A stretch of 64,000 nt of DNA from an uncultured Alphaproteobacteria bacterium (GTDB lineage Bacteria > Pseudomonadota > Alphaproteobacteria > HIMB59 > GCA-002718135). Numbering within the stretch: the first letter of the stretch is position 1; each line of letters begins with the position of its first letter. This document shows positions 18,468 through 28,125 of this stretch, piece by piece. A program made the translations under genes and the position numbers. The stretch covers positions 336-64,335 of the forward strand of contig CABYRH010000005.1 in assembly GCA_902521315.1 (NCBI GenBank), read 5' to 3'. The notes below the pieces were generated by a model. It ran no database searches. It had not been told where the DNA came from and saw nothing but the letters and a program-made list of their open reading frames with translations.

Positions 18468-19850
18468 ATGAAAAAAAATCCTTCAAGAAATGTCCATTTT
18501 TCAAAAGGACCTAGTGAGATTTTAGATGCAATTAATACGTCTATAGATATCGATCAACGTCTGTATAAAGAAGATATAACTGGGTCAATAGCGCATGCTA
18601 GAATGCTCGGTAAACAAAAAATAATAAATAAAAAAGAACAAAGTGCAATAGTCTCTGGACTTAAAGCAATTGAAAGAGATATTGAAAAAAACAAGGTCGT
18701 ATTTTCAAAAAAACTTGAAGATATTCATATGAACATTGAAAGTTTATTATTTAAGAAAATTGGAAAAATTGCAGGAAAGCTTCATACTGCAAGATCTAGA
18801 AATGATCAGGTAGTAACTGATTTAAAATTATGGGTTAAAAAAGAATCTAAAATTTTAGATAGTGAACTAAAAAAATTTCAGAGAACTTTAATTAATATTG
18901 CAACAAAAAATACTGAAACAATTATGCCAGGTTACACTCATTTACAGATTGCTCAACCAATAACATTGGCTCATCATGTTTTAGCTTACGTTGAAATGAT
19001 TGGTAGAGACAGAACAAGACTTGAAGATTGTTTATATCGTCTTAATGAAAACCCATTAGGTGCAGCTGCACTTGCAGGGACTTCTTTTCCTATTGATAGA
19101 AAATATACAACTAAAGAGTTGGGATTTAGAGAACCAACAAAAAATGCTATGGACACTGTCTCAGATAGAGACTTTGTAATAGAATTTTTATTTGTTCTAT
19201 CACTCATTGCTGTTCATTTATCAAAAATAGCAGAGGAAATAGTACTTTGGTCAAATCAACAATTTAATTTTATCAATTTGCCAGATGATCTTTCAACTGG
19301 TAGTTCAATTATGCCTCAGAAAAAAAATCCAGATGGTGCAGAGCTTGTTAGAGGAAAAACAAGTATTATCATTAGTAATTTAAGTTCAATGCTTAATATT
19401 ATTAAAGGATTACCACTTTCTTATAGTAAAGACTTACAAGACGATAAACAAATAACATTTAATTCATACGACAATGTTTCTTTGTGTATAAAAGTTATGA
19501 ATGAAATTTTATCAAAATCTACATTCAACAAAACTAGAATGAAAGAGTTGATTGATAATTCAAATGCAACCGCTACCGATTTGGCAAATTGGTTGGTTCA
19601 AAATCTTAGATATTCATTTAGAGATGCTTATGTTGTTACAGGAAAGATTGTTTCTTATTGTTCAAAACAAGATAGAAATATAGATTCATTATCTCTTGGA
19701 GAATTAAAAAAATTTGACAAAAATATAACGGCTGACGCAAAAAAAGTGCTATCAACTACTAACAGTGTTAAATCAAAATCAAGTTTTGGGGGTACGGCTC
19801 CTGAAATTACTAAAAAAATGATAAAACTTGTTATAAAAAAATACTTATAA
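18468..19850 (+). CDS. argH: Argininosuccinate lyase
   Basis: LHTARSRNDQV, MPGYTHLQ, GSSIMPQKKNPD. Confidence 0.95.
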   Translation: MKKNPSRNVHFSKGPSEILDAINTSIDIDQRLYKEDITGSIAHARMLGKQKIINKKEQSAIVSGLKAIERDIEKNKVVFSKKLEDIHMNIESLLFKKIGKIAGKLHTARSRNDQVVTDLKLWVKKESKILDSELKKFQRTLINIATKNTETIMPGYTHLQIAQPITLAHHVLAYVEMIGRDRTRLEDCLYRLNENPLGAAALAGTSFPIDRKYTTKELGFREPTKNAMDTVSDRDFVIEFLFVLSLIAVHLSKIAEEIVLWSNQQFNFINLPDDLSTGSSIMPQKKNPDGAELVRGKTSIIISNLSSMLNIIKGLPLSYSKDLQDDKQITFNSYDNVSLCIKVMNEILSKSTFNKTRMKELIDNSNATATDLANWLVQNLRYSFRDAYVVTGKIVSYCSKQDRNIDSLSLGELKKFDKNITADAKKVLSTTNSVKSKSSFGGTAPEITKKMIKLVIKKYL

Positions 19851-20035
19851 TGATCAGATTAATATTATTATCATTTTTGTTGTTTACTTTTAGCTGTGGT
19901 AAAGTTGGTCCTTTAAGTTTACCAGAAGATCAAGTAGACAAATCGGTAATTACATATCCATGTGATGAAGCCTGTTTAGAGAAATTAGAAGAAGAGAAAA
20001 AACGTCAACAATCCGTTATTATAAACACTGAATAA
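19850..20035 (+). CDS. LptM/YifL-like lipoprotein
   Basis: Lipobox FSC followed by CGKVGPLSLP (CGxKGPLxLP-like); conserved position between argH and lysA. Confidence 0.7.
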   Translation: MIRLILLSFLLFTFSCGKVGPLSLPEDQVDKSVITYPCDEACLEKLEEEKKRQQSVIINTE

Positions 20036-21277
20036 ATGCTCACTTATAAAAATAATGACCCGTATATTGAGGGTACTTCTTTATATGACTTAGTTAAAGT
20101 TTGTCAGACACCTTTTTATGTGTATTCACAACAAAAAATTATTAATCAAGTTAATAAAACTAAAGAAATTTTAGGTAACAATATTTTTTATTCAATTAAG
20201 TCTAATTCAAATCAAGCTATTTTGAAATTAATGAACTCGTTAGATATTGGAGCAGATGTAGTGTCAGTTGGTGAATTAAAAAGAGCTTTGGAAGCTGGTT
20301 TCGATCCAAATAAAATAATTTTTGAAGGTGTTGGAAAATCTGATCAAGACTTACTCTATGCTATGCATAAAAATATACGTTTAATTAATACTGAATCTTT
20401 AGAAGAAATAAAACTACTCGATAATTTAGCAAATGAAAAAAATAAAATCGTTGATATTGGTGTTAGACTTAATCCAGATGTTGATGGTGAGACTTTAAGT
20501 AAAATTTCAACAGGAAAAAAAACTGATAAGTTTGGTATTGAATTTGAAAATTTAGATAAAATTGTCAAATTAGTTAAAAGTTGTAAAAATTTAAATTTAA
20601 TTAGTATTAGTTGTCATATTGGAAGTCAAATTAGTAAAATTGAGGCCTATAAAAATACGTTTTCTCAAATGAAAATGGCTGCAGATAAGTTTATTGAATC
20701 AGGTGTTAATATCAAGCATGTAGATTTGGGTGGAGGTTTTCATGTTAAATATGAAGATTCTGATCCTGACTTCAATATTGAGTTAGTAAAAGAAGAACTT
20801 GATAATTGTTTTACGCAAACAAACTATGAATTATCGTTTGAGCCTGGTCGATATTTAATTGCTGAGGCTGGAGTTACAGTTACCTCTATTGTTACAATTA
20901 AAAATAATGGAGGTATAAATTATTTAATTGTTGATGCAGGAATGAATACATTGATACGTCCAGCCATGTATGGTGCACATCATCAGATATTAGCGATAAA
21001 TGTAAAATCAGAGGAATTTATGGATTATGCTATTGCTGGTCCAATTTGTGAAAGTTCCGATGTTTTTTTAAAAAATATTAAATTGGCTAAACAAAAAATT
21101 GGCAATTTACTGGTTATAAAAAATACAGGAGCCTATGGAAAAGTAATGTCTTCAAATTATAACTCCAGGCCATTGCCCTCTGAAATTTTGGTACACAATG
21201 ATAATTATGCAATTATTTATTCTCCAGAGAAAATTGAGAAAACAATTGAAGCTGATATTATTCCGAGTTGGTTGTAA
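20036..21277 (+). CDS. lysA: Diaminopimelate decarboxylase
   Basis: YSIKSN, HIGSQI, DLGGGF, FEPGR, GPICES, GAYG..MSSNYN. Confidence 0.95.
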   Translation: MLTYKNNDPYIEGTSLYDLVKVCQTPFYVYSQQKIINQVNKTKEILGNNIFYSIKSNSNQAILKLMNSLDIGADVVSVGELKRALEAGFDPNKIIFEGVGKSDQDLLYAMHKNIRLINTESLEEIKLLDNLANEKNKIVDIGVRLNPDVDGETLSKISTGKKTDKFGIEFENLDKIVKLVKSCKNLNLISISCHIGSQISKIEAYKNTFSQMKMAADKFIESGVNIKHVDLGGGFHVKYEDSDPDFNIELVKEELDNCFTQTNYELSFEPGRYLIAEAGVTVTSIVTIKNNGGINYLIVDAGMNTLIRPAMYGAHHQILAINVKSEEFMDYAIAGPICESSDVFLKNIKLAKQKIGNLLVIKNTGAYGKVMSSNYNSRPLPSEILVHNDNYAIIYSPEKIEKTIEADIIPSWL

Positions 21278-21721
21278 CTAATTTAAAGTATTGTGTATAA
21301 TTTTAGCTAAGTCTGAAATTATCAAATTTAAATTAAAGAAAAATTCCCTAATATAGAAATCAAAAATAATAAAAGTATTTACACCGTAGGATCGATAAAT
21401 CCATATTGCTAAAATTACAACTATAGCTAGAGCAATTACTATAGTTGAATTAATAACACTTGGTTTTTCTTGTCTTACAACTGTACTTGGTAAATTTCTG
21501 ACTGGACCTTTTTCTAATTTTTCTTTTTGTTTATTATTTTTTAAATTTTGATCTAATTCTTCTTTTTTTGTAGACGGGACTGATGATGTAATGTCAGTAT
21601 CATCTAATTCTTGAAACCATTGATGATTACAATTTGCGCATTCAACCATTCTACCATTTGGTTTAAGATCTGCAGAATTTACTAAATACTTGAATTCACA
21701 ATTAGAGCAAACAATGAACAT
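21278..21721 (-). CDS. MJ0042-type zinc-ribbon membrane protein (ZitP-like N-terminus)
   Basis: CSNC...GRMVECANCNHQW followed by a linker and one TM helix. Confidence 0.8.
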   Translation of the reverse strand: MFIVCSNCEFKYLVNSADLKPNGRMVECANCNHQWFQELDDTDITSSVPSTKKEELDQNLKNNKQKEKLEKGPVRNLPSTVVRQEKPSVINSTIVIALAIVVILAIWIYRSYGVNTFIIFDFYIREFFFNLNLIISDLAKIIHNTLN

Positions 21722-21771
21722 AAATTATATATAGATCAGTCAGGCTAGTATATAAAACAAAATCATTAAGT

Positions 21772-22479
21772 ATGTTAATTTTAAAAAGTATAATATTTTA
21801 TTTTTCCTTGGTTATATGGACTGTGTTGATGGGTATTGTGTGTTTACCTTTTCTCTTATTGCCAAGTTATTTACTTAAATATCCAACCAAACTTTGGATA
21901 CGTGTTATTTTTGTTTTCCTTAATCTTATATGTAATATTAAACATAAAATTGAGGGTTTAGAAAATATTCCAAATGAAAGTGTCTTAATTGCGTCTAAAC
22001 ATCAGTCCGCATTTGAGACACTCGCCCTCTATTACTATTTAAAAGATTGTTTTTTTGTCCATAAAAGAGAGCTTTTCTTTATACCAATTTTTGGCCAGTA
22101 TTTATTCAAGTCTAATATGGTTGCGATTAATAGAGATGGTGGAACAAAAGCTATGAGAGATATGTTACAAAAAGTTCAATCAAAATTATCTTTTGGATCT
22201 TCAATTATTATTTTCCCCGAAGGAACAAGAAAGCTGCCTGGTAGTAAACCTGATTATAAGACAGGTTTTATTGGAATTTATAATCATACAAAAAGAAAAA
22301 TCCTTCCTGTAGCTTTAAATTCAGGCTTATGTTGGCCAAAGCAATCATGGGTATTAGAAAAAGGATTAATTACTATAAAATTTTTACCAACAATTGATGA
22401 AGGTTTAGATAAAATAGTTTTATTAAACGAAGTTCAGAGTAGAATAGAAACTGCTTCAAATTTATTATTGGATAACTAA
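21772..22479 (+). CDS. plsC: 1-acyl-sn-glycerol-3-phosphate acyltransferase
   Basis: KHQSAFE, IFPEGTR, PVALNSG. Confidence 0.88.
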   Translation: MLILKSIIFYFSLVIWTVLMGIVCLPFLLLPSYLLKYPTKLWIRVIFVFLNLICNIKHKIEGLENIPNESVLIASKHQSAFETLALYYYLKDCFFVHKRELFFIPIFGQYLFKSNMVAINRDGGTKAMRDMLQKVQSKLSFGSSIIIFPEGTRKLPGSKPDYKTGFIGIYNHTKRKILPVALNSGLCWPKQSWVLEKGLITIKFLPTIDEGLDKIVLLNEVQSRIETASNLLLDN

Positions 22480-23387
22480 TTCTTTTCTGTGGGATCAAAA
22501 GTTCCTGCTTGACCAATCTCTTCAATAATTTTTCTAATTTCTTTTGATTTTATAAATTTTTCTTCCAAATATTTTAAATCATTATTTCTTATTGCTTTTT
22601 GATACGTAAGTAGATCTTCACTGAAACGACCAAGCATTTCTAAAACGGCTTCTTTATTTTTTTCATAAACATCACGCCACATTACTGGATCACTACCTGC
22701 CAATCTTGTGAAATCTCTAAAACCTGCAGCTGAATATTTAATTACTTCATCTTTCATTTGAGATTCAAGCTCTGTTGCAGTTCCTACGACAGAATATGCA
22801 ATGAGTTGTGGAATATGAGATGTCATAGCAAGTACTCTGTCATGACGTTTAGGTTCCATGATTTCTATATTCATTCCGAATGACTCCCAAATATCAGAAA
22901 CTGATTTTGTTATCTCACTCTGAGTTTCTGTTGGGGTCAAAATACAATACCTATTCTCAAACAGCTTTGCGAAACCAAATTCTGGTCCACTTTTCTCTAA
23001 CCCAGCAATAGGGTGAGCAGGAACAAATGAAATTTTTTTATTATTAATTGATTCTTTAAAATCTTCTATAACACTTACTTTTGTTGAACCAACATCTGTT
23101 ACTAGTGTTGTTTCATTAACATAGCTATTCAATTGCTTAAAAATGTCCCTATATGAACTCAAAGGTGTACAAATAAAAATAATATCAAATTGTTGATTAT
23201 ATTTATTTAAATCACTCTCTATTGCATCCACAAGATTTAAATTTTTTGAAATACTTATTACCTCACTGTCCTTATCAATAGCAAAAATTTTTTTTGATAA
23301 TTGTTTTTCCTTCAGAGCCCTTGCTATGGATGATCCAATTAATCCCATACCAATGACCAGAGCTGAATCGTAAGTTATTTTAGACAT
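22476..23387 (-). CDS. tyrC: Prephenate/arogenate (cyclohexadienyl) dehydrogenase
   Basis: IGMGLIGSS, TDVGSTK, HPIAG.EKSGP, SHIPQL, AGFRDFTRLAGSDPVMWRD. Confidence 0.9.
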   Translation of the reverse strand: MSKITYDSALVIGMGLIGSSIARALKEKQLSKKIFAIDKDSEVISISKNLNLVDAIESDLNKYNQQFDIIFICTPLSSYRDIFKQLNSYVNETTLVTDVGSTKVSVIEDFKESINNKKISFVPAHPIAGLEKSGPEFGFAKLFENRYCILTPTETQSEITKSVSDIWESFGMNIEIMEPKRHDRVLAMTSHIPQLIAYSVVGTATELESQMKDEVIKYSAAGFRDFTRLAGSDPVMWRDVYEKNKEAVLEMLGRFSEDLLTYQKAIRNNDLKYLEEKFIKSKEIRKIIEEIGQAGTFDPTEKN

Positions 23388-24729
23388 TAAATTTCTTCAA
23401 ACTTTCAACAGTCATATTCATTTCTTCTTTTGTACCAATACTAATTCTCAAAAAATTGGGCAGATTATAACTATTTAAACGCCTTATAATAATGCCATCA
23501 TTCATAAGATGATTACTAATTTTCTCAGCTTCTTCTTCTGAAGTTTCAATTAAAGTAAAATTACCTTCAGTTTGTCTGGTTTTAATATTTAATAGTTTGA
23601 GCTCTTTTTCAAACCAATCTTTAATTTCAGAATTTAATTTAACAGAGTTTTCAATATGTTCTTTATCCTCCAAAGCTTTAATTGCAAGAGACTGTGAAAT
23701 AGTTGTCGTATTAAAAGGAGGTTTTATTTTATTTATTATATCAGCTATTTTTTGACTGGTATAACACCAGCCTACTCTTAAAGCTGCAAGTCCATATGTT
23801 TTTGAAAATGTTCTTGTTAAAATAATATTCTCATATTCATCCGTTAAACTAAATCCTTTATCATAATCGTCTTTTTGCACATATTCGACATATGCCCCGT
23901 CTATAACAACTATAATATTTTTAGAAATACTATTCATTAACTTAACAAGTTGGTCTCTAGACAAATAAGTTCCGGTTGGATTATTAGGTGATGCAATATA
24001 AATTACTTTAGTAGCCTCATTTGTTTGACCTATGAGATTTTCAATATTTAAATTGAAATTTACATCTTCCATAATTTTTTTTGGAACTGCACCAACTACT
24101 TTACTCACAATTGAATACATCTCAAAGCCGTGGTTTGCGTGGAGAATTTCATCGCCATCTTGACAAAATGCCAAAGCTGCAAATAATAAAACTTCATCTG
24201 AGCCAGAGCCAAGAATAATTCTATTACTATCAATAGAAAAATTTTTAGCTATTGCTTCTCTTAATGATGATCCATCAATTTCTGGGTATCTATGTAAATC
24301 ATGATTAATATTTTTTGTTTCTAACAATTCAATTGCTTTCGGTGAAGCACCATAGGGATTTTCATTGGAAGAAAGTTTGATAACTCTTTTATTATTATTT
24401 AACTTTGCCTTACCACCTTTATAAACATTAATATTTTCAATAGATCTTTTTGATTGAATATTTTCTTTAGTTAACTTCTGAAGTTTTTCAGAAGATTGAA
24501 AAATTTCTCTCCAAAGTCTAAAAATGGTATCTTTCGGATAAGATCCTGTAAATTTAGAGCTTAATCTGTCGAGAATTTTTTGTTCTCTATCTAGATCAAC
24601 AACAGAATTATCTTTTTTGTGTTTTCCTATTTCTAAAACAATTTTAGATCGATTAGATAATAAAGATAAAATTTCATCATCAATGTTATTAATTTTGCTT
24701 CTTAAATTGTCTAATTCTTTATTTTTCAT
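23380..24729 (-). CDS. hisC: Chorismate mutase (AroQ) - histidinol-phosphate aminotransferase fusion
   Basis: N-terminal LRSKINNIDDEILSLLSNR...IGKHK...REQKIL (CM_2) in the same frame as KLSSNENP, SPNNPTG, RTFSKTYGLAALRVGW; probable start ATG 24729. Confidence 0.88.
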   Translation of the reverse strand: MKNKELDNLRSKINNIDDEILSLLSNRSKIVLEIGKHKKDNSVVDLDREQKILDRLSSKFTGSYPKDTIFRLWREIFQSSEKLQKLTKENIQSKRSIENINVYKGGKAKLNNNKRVIKLSSNENPYGASPKAIELLETKNINHDLHRYPEIDGSSLREAIAKNFSIDSNRIILGSGSDEVLLFAALAFCQDGDEILHANHGFEMYSIVSKVVGAVPKKIMEDVNFNLNIENLIGQTNEATKVIYIASPNNPTGTYLSRDQLVKLMNSISKNIIVVIDGAYVEYVQKDDYDKGFSLTDEYENIILTRTFSKTYGLAALRVGWCYTSQKIADIINKIKPPFNTTTISQSLAIKALEDKEHIENSVKLNSEIKDWFEKELKLLNIKTRQTEGNFTLIETSEEEAEKISNHLMNDGIIIRRLNSYNLPNFLRISIGTKEEMNMTVESLKKFNV

Positions 24730-24807
24730 AATTTTGGACGTTTCTTTACAAACTATCTTACGATAAATCAAAATAAAGTAGTATTTAAATTAAAAAATGA
24801 CGATTTA

Positions 24808-24835
24808 TTGACTTAGAAAGATATATAAATATAAG
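24808..24835 (+). promoter_or_regulatory. Putative sigma70 promoter for riboswitch-metXW
   Basis: TTGACT-N16-TATAAG, about 8 nt upstream of the riboswitch. Confidence 0.5.
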
Positions 24836-24842
24836 ACCGAAT

Positions 24843-24891
24843 ATCACCGATTTGAGACAGCTTGCGGGTGGAGCAATAATCAGCTAAAGCG
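24843..24891 (+). ncRNA. SAM-II (SAM_alpha) class riboswitch
   Basis: P1 TCACC/GGTGG enclosing GATTTG..GCTTGC, downstream GCTAAAGC pseudoknot partner; 5' of metX, the canonical location. Confidence 0.75.
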
Positions 24892-24938
24892 TTTACACTC
24901 CTCCTTCATTCTTTCAAATAGTGTTAGACTAAAAAGAT

Positions 24939-26087
24939 ATGAAAACAAAATTTACTACTGACACAAAACTTGAAAGCGAAATAGCCTATTTCGAGAATAT
25001 TAATTTAAAGCTAGAATCAGGAGATATAATAGATAGTTTTAAACTAGCATTCAAAACATACGGCAAATTAAATACTGATAAAACTAATGCTGTTCTTGTT
25101 TGCCATGCTTTAACTGGAGATCAATATGTTGCTGGGCATAATCCCATTACTGGGAGAGAAGGTTGGTGGTCTAGAATGGTTGGGCCTAATAAACCAATTG
25201 ATACAAACAAATTTTTTGTAATTTGCTCAAATGTACTCGGCGGTTGTGCTGGCTCAACAGGTCCTAAAGAGTTACAAAATGGAAATGATGTTGCATATGG
25301 TGGTAATTTTCCTTCCGTAACAATAAAAGATATGGTGATGGCTCAATCTTTATTGATTGAAAGTTTAAATATAGAGAAGTTATTTTCTGTCATTGGTGGT
25401 TCGATGGGAGCAATGCAAGCACTTCAATGGGCAATCGATTTTCCAGATAAAATTTTAAATATAATACATATTGCAGGAGCTTTAAAACATTCAGCTCAAA
25501 ATATTGCATTTCATGAAGTTGGGCGACAGGCAATAATGAGTGATCCTATTTGGAAAAATGGAAAGTATTTTGAAAATAATGAAGTGCCTGAAAGAGGTCT
25601 ATCAGTAGCAAGAATGATTGCGCATATCACATATTTATCCGAAAATGCGATGCATAGAAAATTTGGAAGAAAACTTCAATCAAGAGATATTATTTCTTTT
25701 GGATTTGATGCTGATTTTCAAGTTGAGAGTTATCTGAGATATCAAGGTAAATCATTTGTTGAAAGATTTGATGCAAATTCATATCTTTATTTAACAAGGG
25801 CTATGGATTATTTTGATCATGATGAAACATTTAGAAAAAATATTGAGTTTAGTCATAATCCAAATAACCATTTAAAATATTTAATTGTCTCATTTACCTC
25901 GGATTGGTTATTCCCTACAATAGAAAGTAAAATGATTGTAAATCAATTAAATTCTCTATCAAGAGAAGTAAGCTTTCTAGAAATTGATACTGATAAAGGA
26001 CATGATAGTTTTTTATTAGAGGAACCGCAGTTAGATGATGTAATAAAAGGTTTCCTAACAAACAACTTTGCGAAGATAAATGAATAA
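24939..26087 (+). CDS. metX: Homoserine O-acyltransferase MetX
   Basis: CHALTGD, GGSMG, RFDANSY, GHDSFLL. Confidence 0.95.
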   Translation: MKTKFTTDTKLESEIAYFENINLKLESGDIIDSFKLAFKTYGKLNTDKTNAVLVCHALTGDQYVAGHNPITGREGWWSRMVGPNKPIDTNKFFVICSNVLGGCAGSTGPKELQNGNDVAYGGNFPSVTIKDMVMAQSLLIESLNIEKLFSVIGGSMGAMQALQWAIDFPDKILNIIHIAGALKHSAQNIAFHEVGRQAIMSDPIWKNGKYFENNEVPERGLSVARMIAHITYLSENAMHRKFGRKLQSRDIISFGFDADFQVESYLRYQGKSFVERFDANSYLYLTRAMDYFDHDETFRKNIEFSHNPNNHLKYLIVSFTSDWLFPTIESKMIVNQLNSLSREVSFLEIDTDKGHDSFLLEEPQLDDVIKGFLTNNFAKINE

Positions 26088-26763
26088 AATTAATAGCATA
26101 AGAAAAGATTGGTCTCTTATTGAAACACTTATCGCAGAAGATAGAAAAATCCTAGATATTGGATGTGGTGATGGTGGTCTTATGGAACAATTAGAAAAAA
26201 ATCGTAATGCGATTACTCATGGCATTGAATTAAATAGAGATCTAGCTGCTAATGCTATCTCAAGAGGTTTCAATGTTGTACATGGAAATGCCGAATTAGA
26301 TTTGTCTCAATATTCAAATAATAGTTTTGATTATGTAATTTTAAGTCAAACCTTACAAGCAATGATGAAACCCAAAGATATTCTGTCTGAATTATTAAGA
26401 ATAGGATCAAAAGCAATAGTTTCTTTTCCTAATTTTGGACATTGGAAAATAAGATTACAGCTTTTAATATCTGGAAAAATGCCAGTAACAGAAAGTTTAC
26501 CTTATACATGGTATGACACACCTAACATTCACTTTTTTACCATTAAGGATTTTTTGAATTTGTGTAATGAAATGAATATTGTGGTTGAAAAAAGTATTGG
26601 ATTAACATCAAAAGGTAAGCAATTTGATATAAGTGAATCAGTTACTGGAGTTAATTTTTTCACTCACGAAGCTATCTTTTTATTAAGTTATAAAAATTTT
26701 GAACCAATAAAAATTAAATCATCAAAAAAAGTTTTTGCAAAAAATTCTGTTATTGCAAATTAG
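26080..26763 (+). CDS. metW: Methionine biosynthesis protein MetW
   Basis: LDIGCGDG, ILSQTLQA, SFPNFGHW, WYDTPNIH. Confidence 0.93.
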   Translation: MNKINSIRKDWSLIETLIAEDRKILDIGCGDGGLMEQLEKNRNAITHGIELNRDLAANAISRGFNVVHGNAELDLSQYSNNSFDYVILSQTLQAMMKPKDILSELLRIGSKAIVSFPNFGHWKIRLQLLISGKMPVTESLPYTWYDTPNIHFFTIKDFLNLCNEMNIVVEKSIGLTSKGKQFDISESVTGVNFFTHEAIFLLSYKNFEPIKIKSSKKVFAKNSVIAN

Positions 26764-26770
26764 TTATTAG

Positions 26771-27523
26771 ATGAAAGTTGAAATTATAAATCAATTAAAA
26801 GATAACTACTCTTTTGTTTTATATAATGGCACGCTTAAGAGCTGTGTTATAGATCCTGCTGATAGTAATCCTATATTAAATTTTGCTCTTGAAAATAATT
26901 TAACCATAGAAGATATATTTATTACACATCATCATAAAGATCACACATCAGGTATAAAAGGAATACTTAATTCTTTTCCAGAAGTTAATATACACTCTCC
27001 AAGTGCTCAGATTGAAAACACAAGATTCGTTTTACGTGATGGAGATGAAGTCAACTCCTGCTTAAATACATTTAGAATAATAAAAACACCCGGGCATACA
27101 TTAGATCATATAATTTACTATGATGAAAACAATGGTGTTTTATTTTGTGGTGATACACTGTTCAGACTTGGTTGTGGTCGTGTGTTCGAAGGAACATTAA
27201 ATGAAATGTTTAACAGTTTAAAAAAAATCAATGAGTTAAGTAAAAATACAATTATTTATTGTGGTCACGAATATACAATAGGCAATTTACATTTTCTTGA
27301 GAAAACACTCAAAAAAGAAAGTGCTTATTTGACAGTTAGAAACAAAATTAATGATGATTTAAATAATAAAGGAAAATCCGTACCTTTTTTATTAGAAGAT
27401 GAAAAACAATATAACTTATTCCTGAATCAAAATTCAAAATTAGGTACTATAATTAAGAAAGAGCTAGGTTTTACAGACTTTGAATTATTTGCTTATTTGC
27501 GAAAAGCAAAGGATAGCTTTTAA
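26771..27523 (+). CDS. gloB: Hydroxyacylglutathione hydrolase (glyoxalase II)
   Basis: DNY, THHHKDH, TPGHT, GDTLF..GCGR, CGHEYT. Confidence 0.92.
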   Translation: MKVEIINQLKDNYSFVLYNGTLKSCVIDPADSNPILNFALENNLTIEDIFITHHHKDHTSGIKGILNSFPEVNIHSPSAQIENTRFVLRDGDEVNSCLNTFRIIKTPGHTLDHIIYYDENNGVLFCGDTLFRLGCGRVFEGTLNEMFNSLKKINELSKNTIIYCGHEYTIGNLHFLEKTLKKESAYLTVRNKINDDLNNKGKSVPFLLEDEKQYNLFLNQNSKLGTIIKKELGFTDFELFAYLRKAKDSF

Positions 27524-27603
27524 GGTCTTTATTTCCAGTATTTACCCCATATTTTTAATTTGACTATTAGCATAGTTCACTATAAACCCCGCCATCAAAA
27601 GAT

Positions 27604-28125
27604 ATGCTAGCAATTTTCAAAACTGGTGGAAAGCAATACTCAGCAAGAGCTGGTCAGATACTTAAAGTAGAAAAACTTGAGGGATCTAAAGGTGATAAAG
27701 TATCTATTACTGATGTATTAGCGATCAGTGATCAAAGCACAAATAGCTTAGGCGAGCCATTACTAAAAGATGCTTCAATTGAAGCAAAAATTGTTGATCA
27801 AATCAGAGATAAAAAAATAATAGTTTTTAAAAAAAGAAAAAGACAAAATTACAGACTAACACAAGGTCATAGACAATATCTAACTGTATTAAGAATAGAA
27901 TCAATTTCTTATGGTGGAAAAAAATCCACTGCTGAACCTGAAACAAAAAAAGTTAAAAAAACTGAAACTAAAGTTACTAAAGAAAAAATTGAGTCTAAAG
28001 AGGTAAAAGTTACAAAAAAGAAGACAGTTGCAAAAAAAGCAGTAAATAAAGCTTCACCTACTAAGAAAAAAACAGTAAAAAAAACTGTTAAAAAAACTGT
28101 TAAAACTAAAAAAGAAGATAAATAA
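27604..28125 (+). CDS. rplU: 50S ribosomal protein L21 with Lys-rich C-terminal extension
   Basis: [20 protein letters not shown]; about 70-aa K/T/V-rich tail. Confidence 0.96.
   Translation: MLAIFKTGGKQYSARAGQILKVEKLEGSKGDKVSITDVLAISDQSTNSLGEPLLKDASIEAKIVDQIRDKKIIVFKKRKRQNYRLTQGHRQYLTVLRIESISYGGKKSTAEPETKKVKKTETKVTKEKIESKEVKVTKKKTVAKKAVNKASPTKKKTVKKTVKKTVKTKKEDK
28066..28107 (+). repeat. 12-nt tandem repeat encoding KKTV x3.5 in the L21 tail
   Basis: AAAAAAACAGTA-AAAAAAACTGTT-AAAAAAACTGTT-AAAACT. Confidence 0.8.

Noticed and set aside
24892..24938. Possible tandem SAM-V aptamer (ends in ACTAAAAA) after SAM-II
   Set aside because: The ATTTG loop and TTG pseudoknot strand needed for a SAM-V fold are not present.
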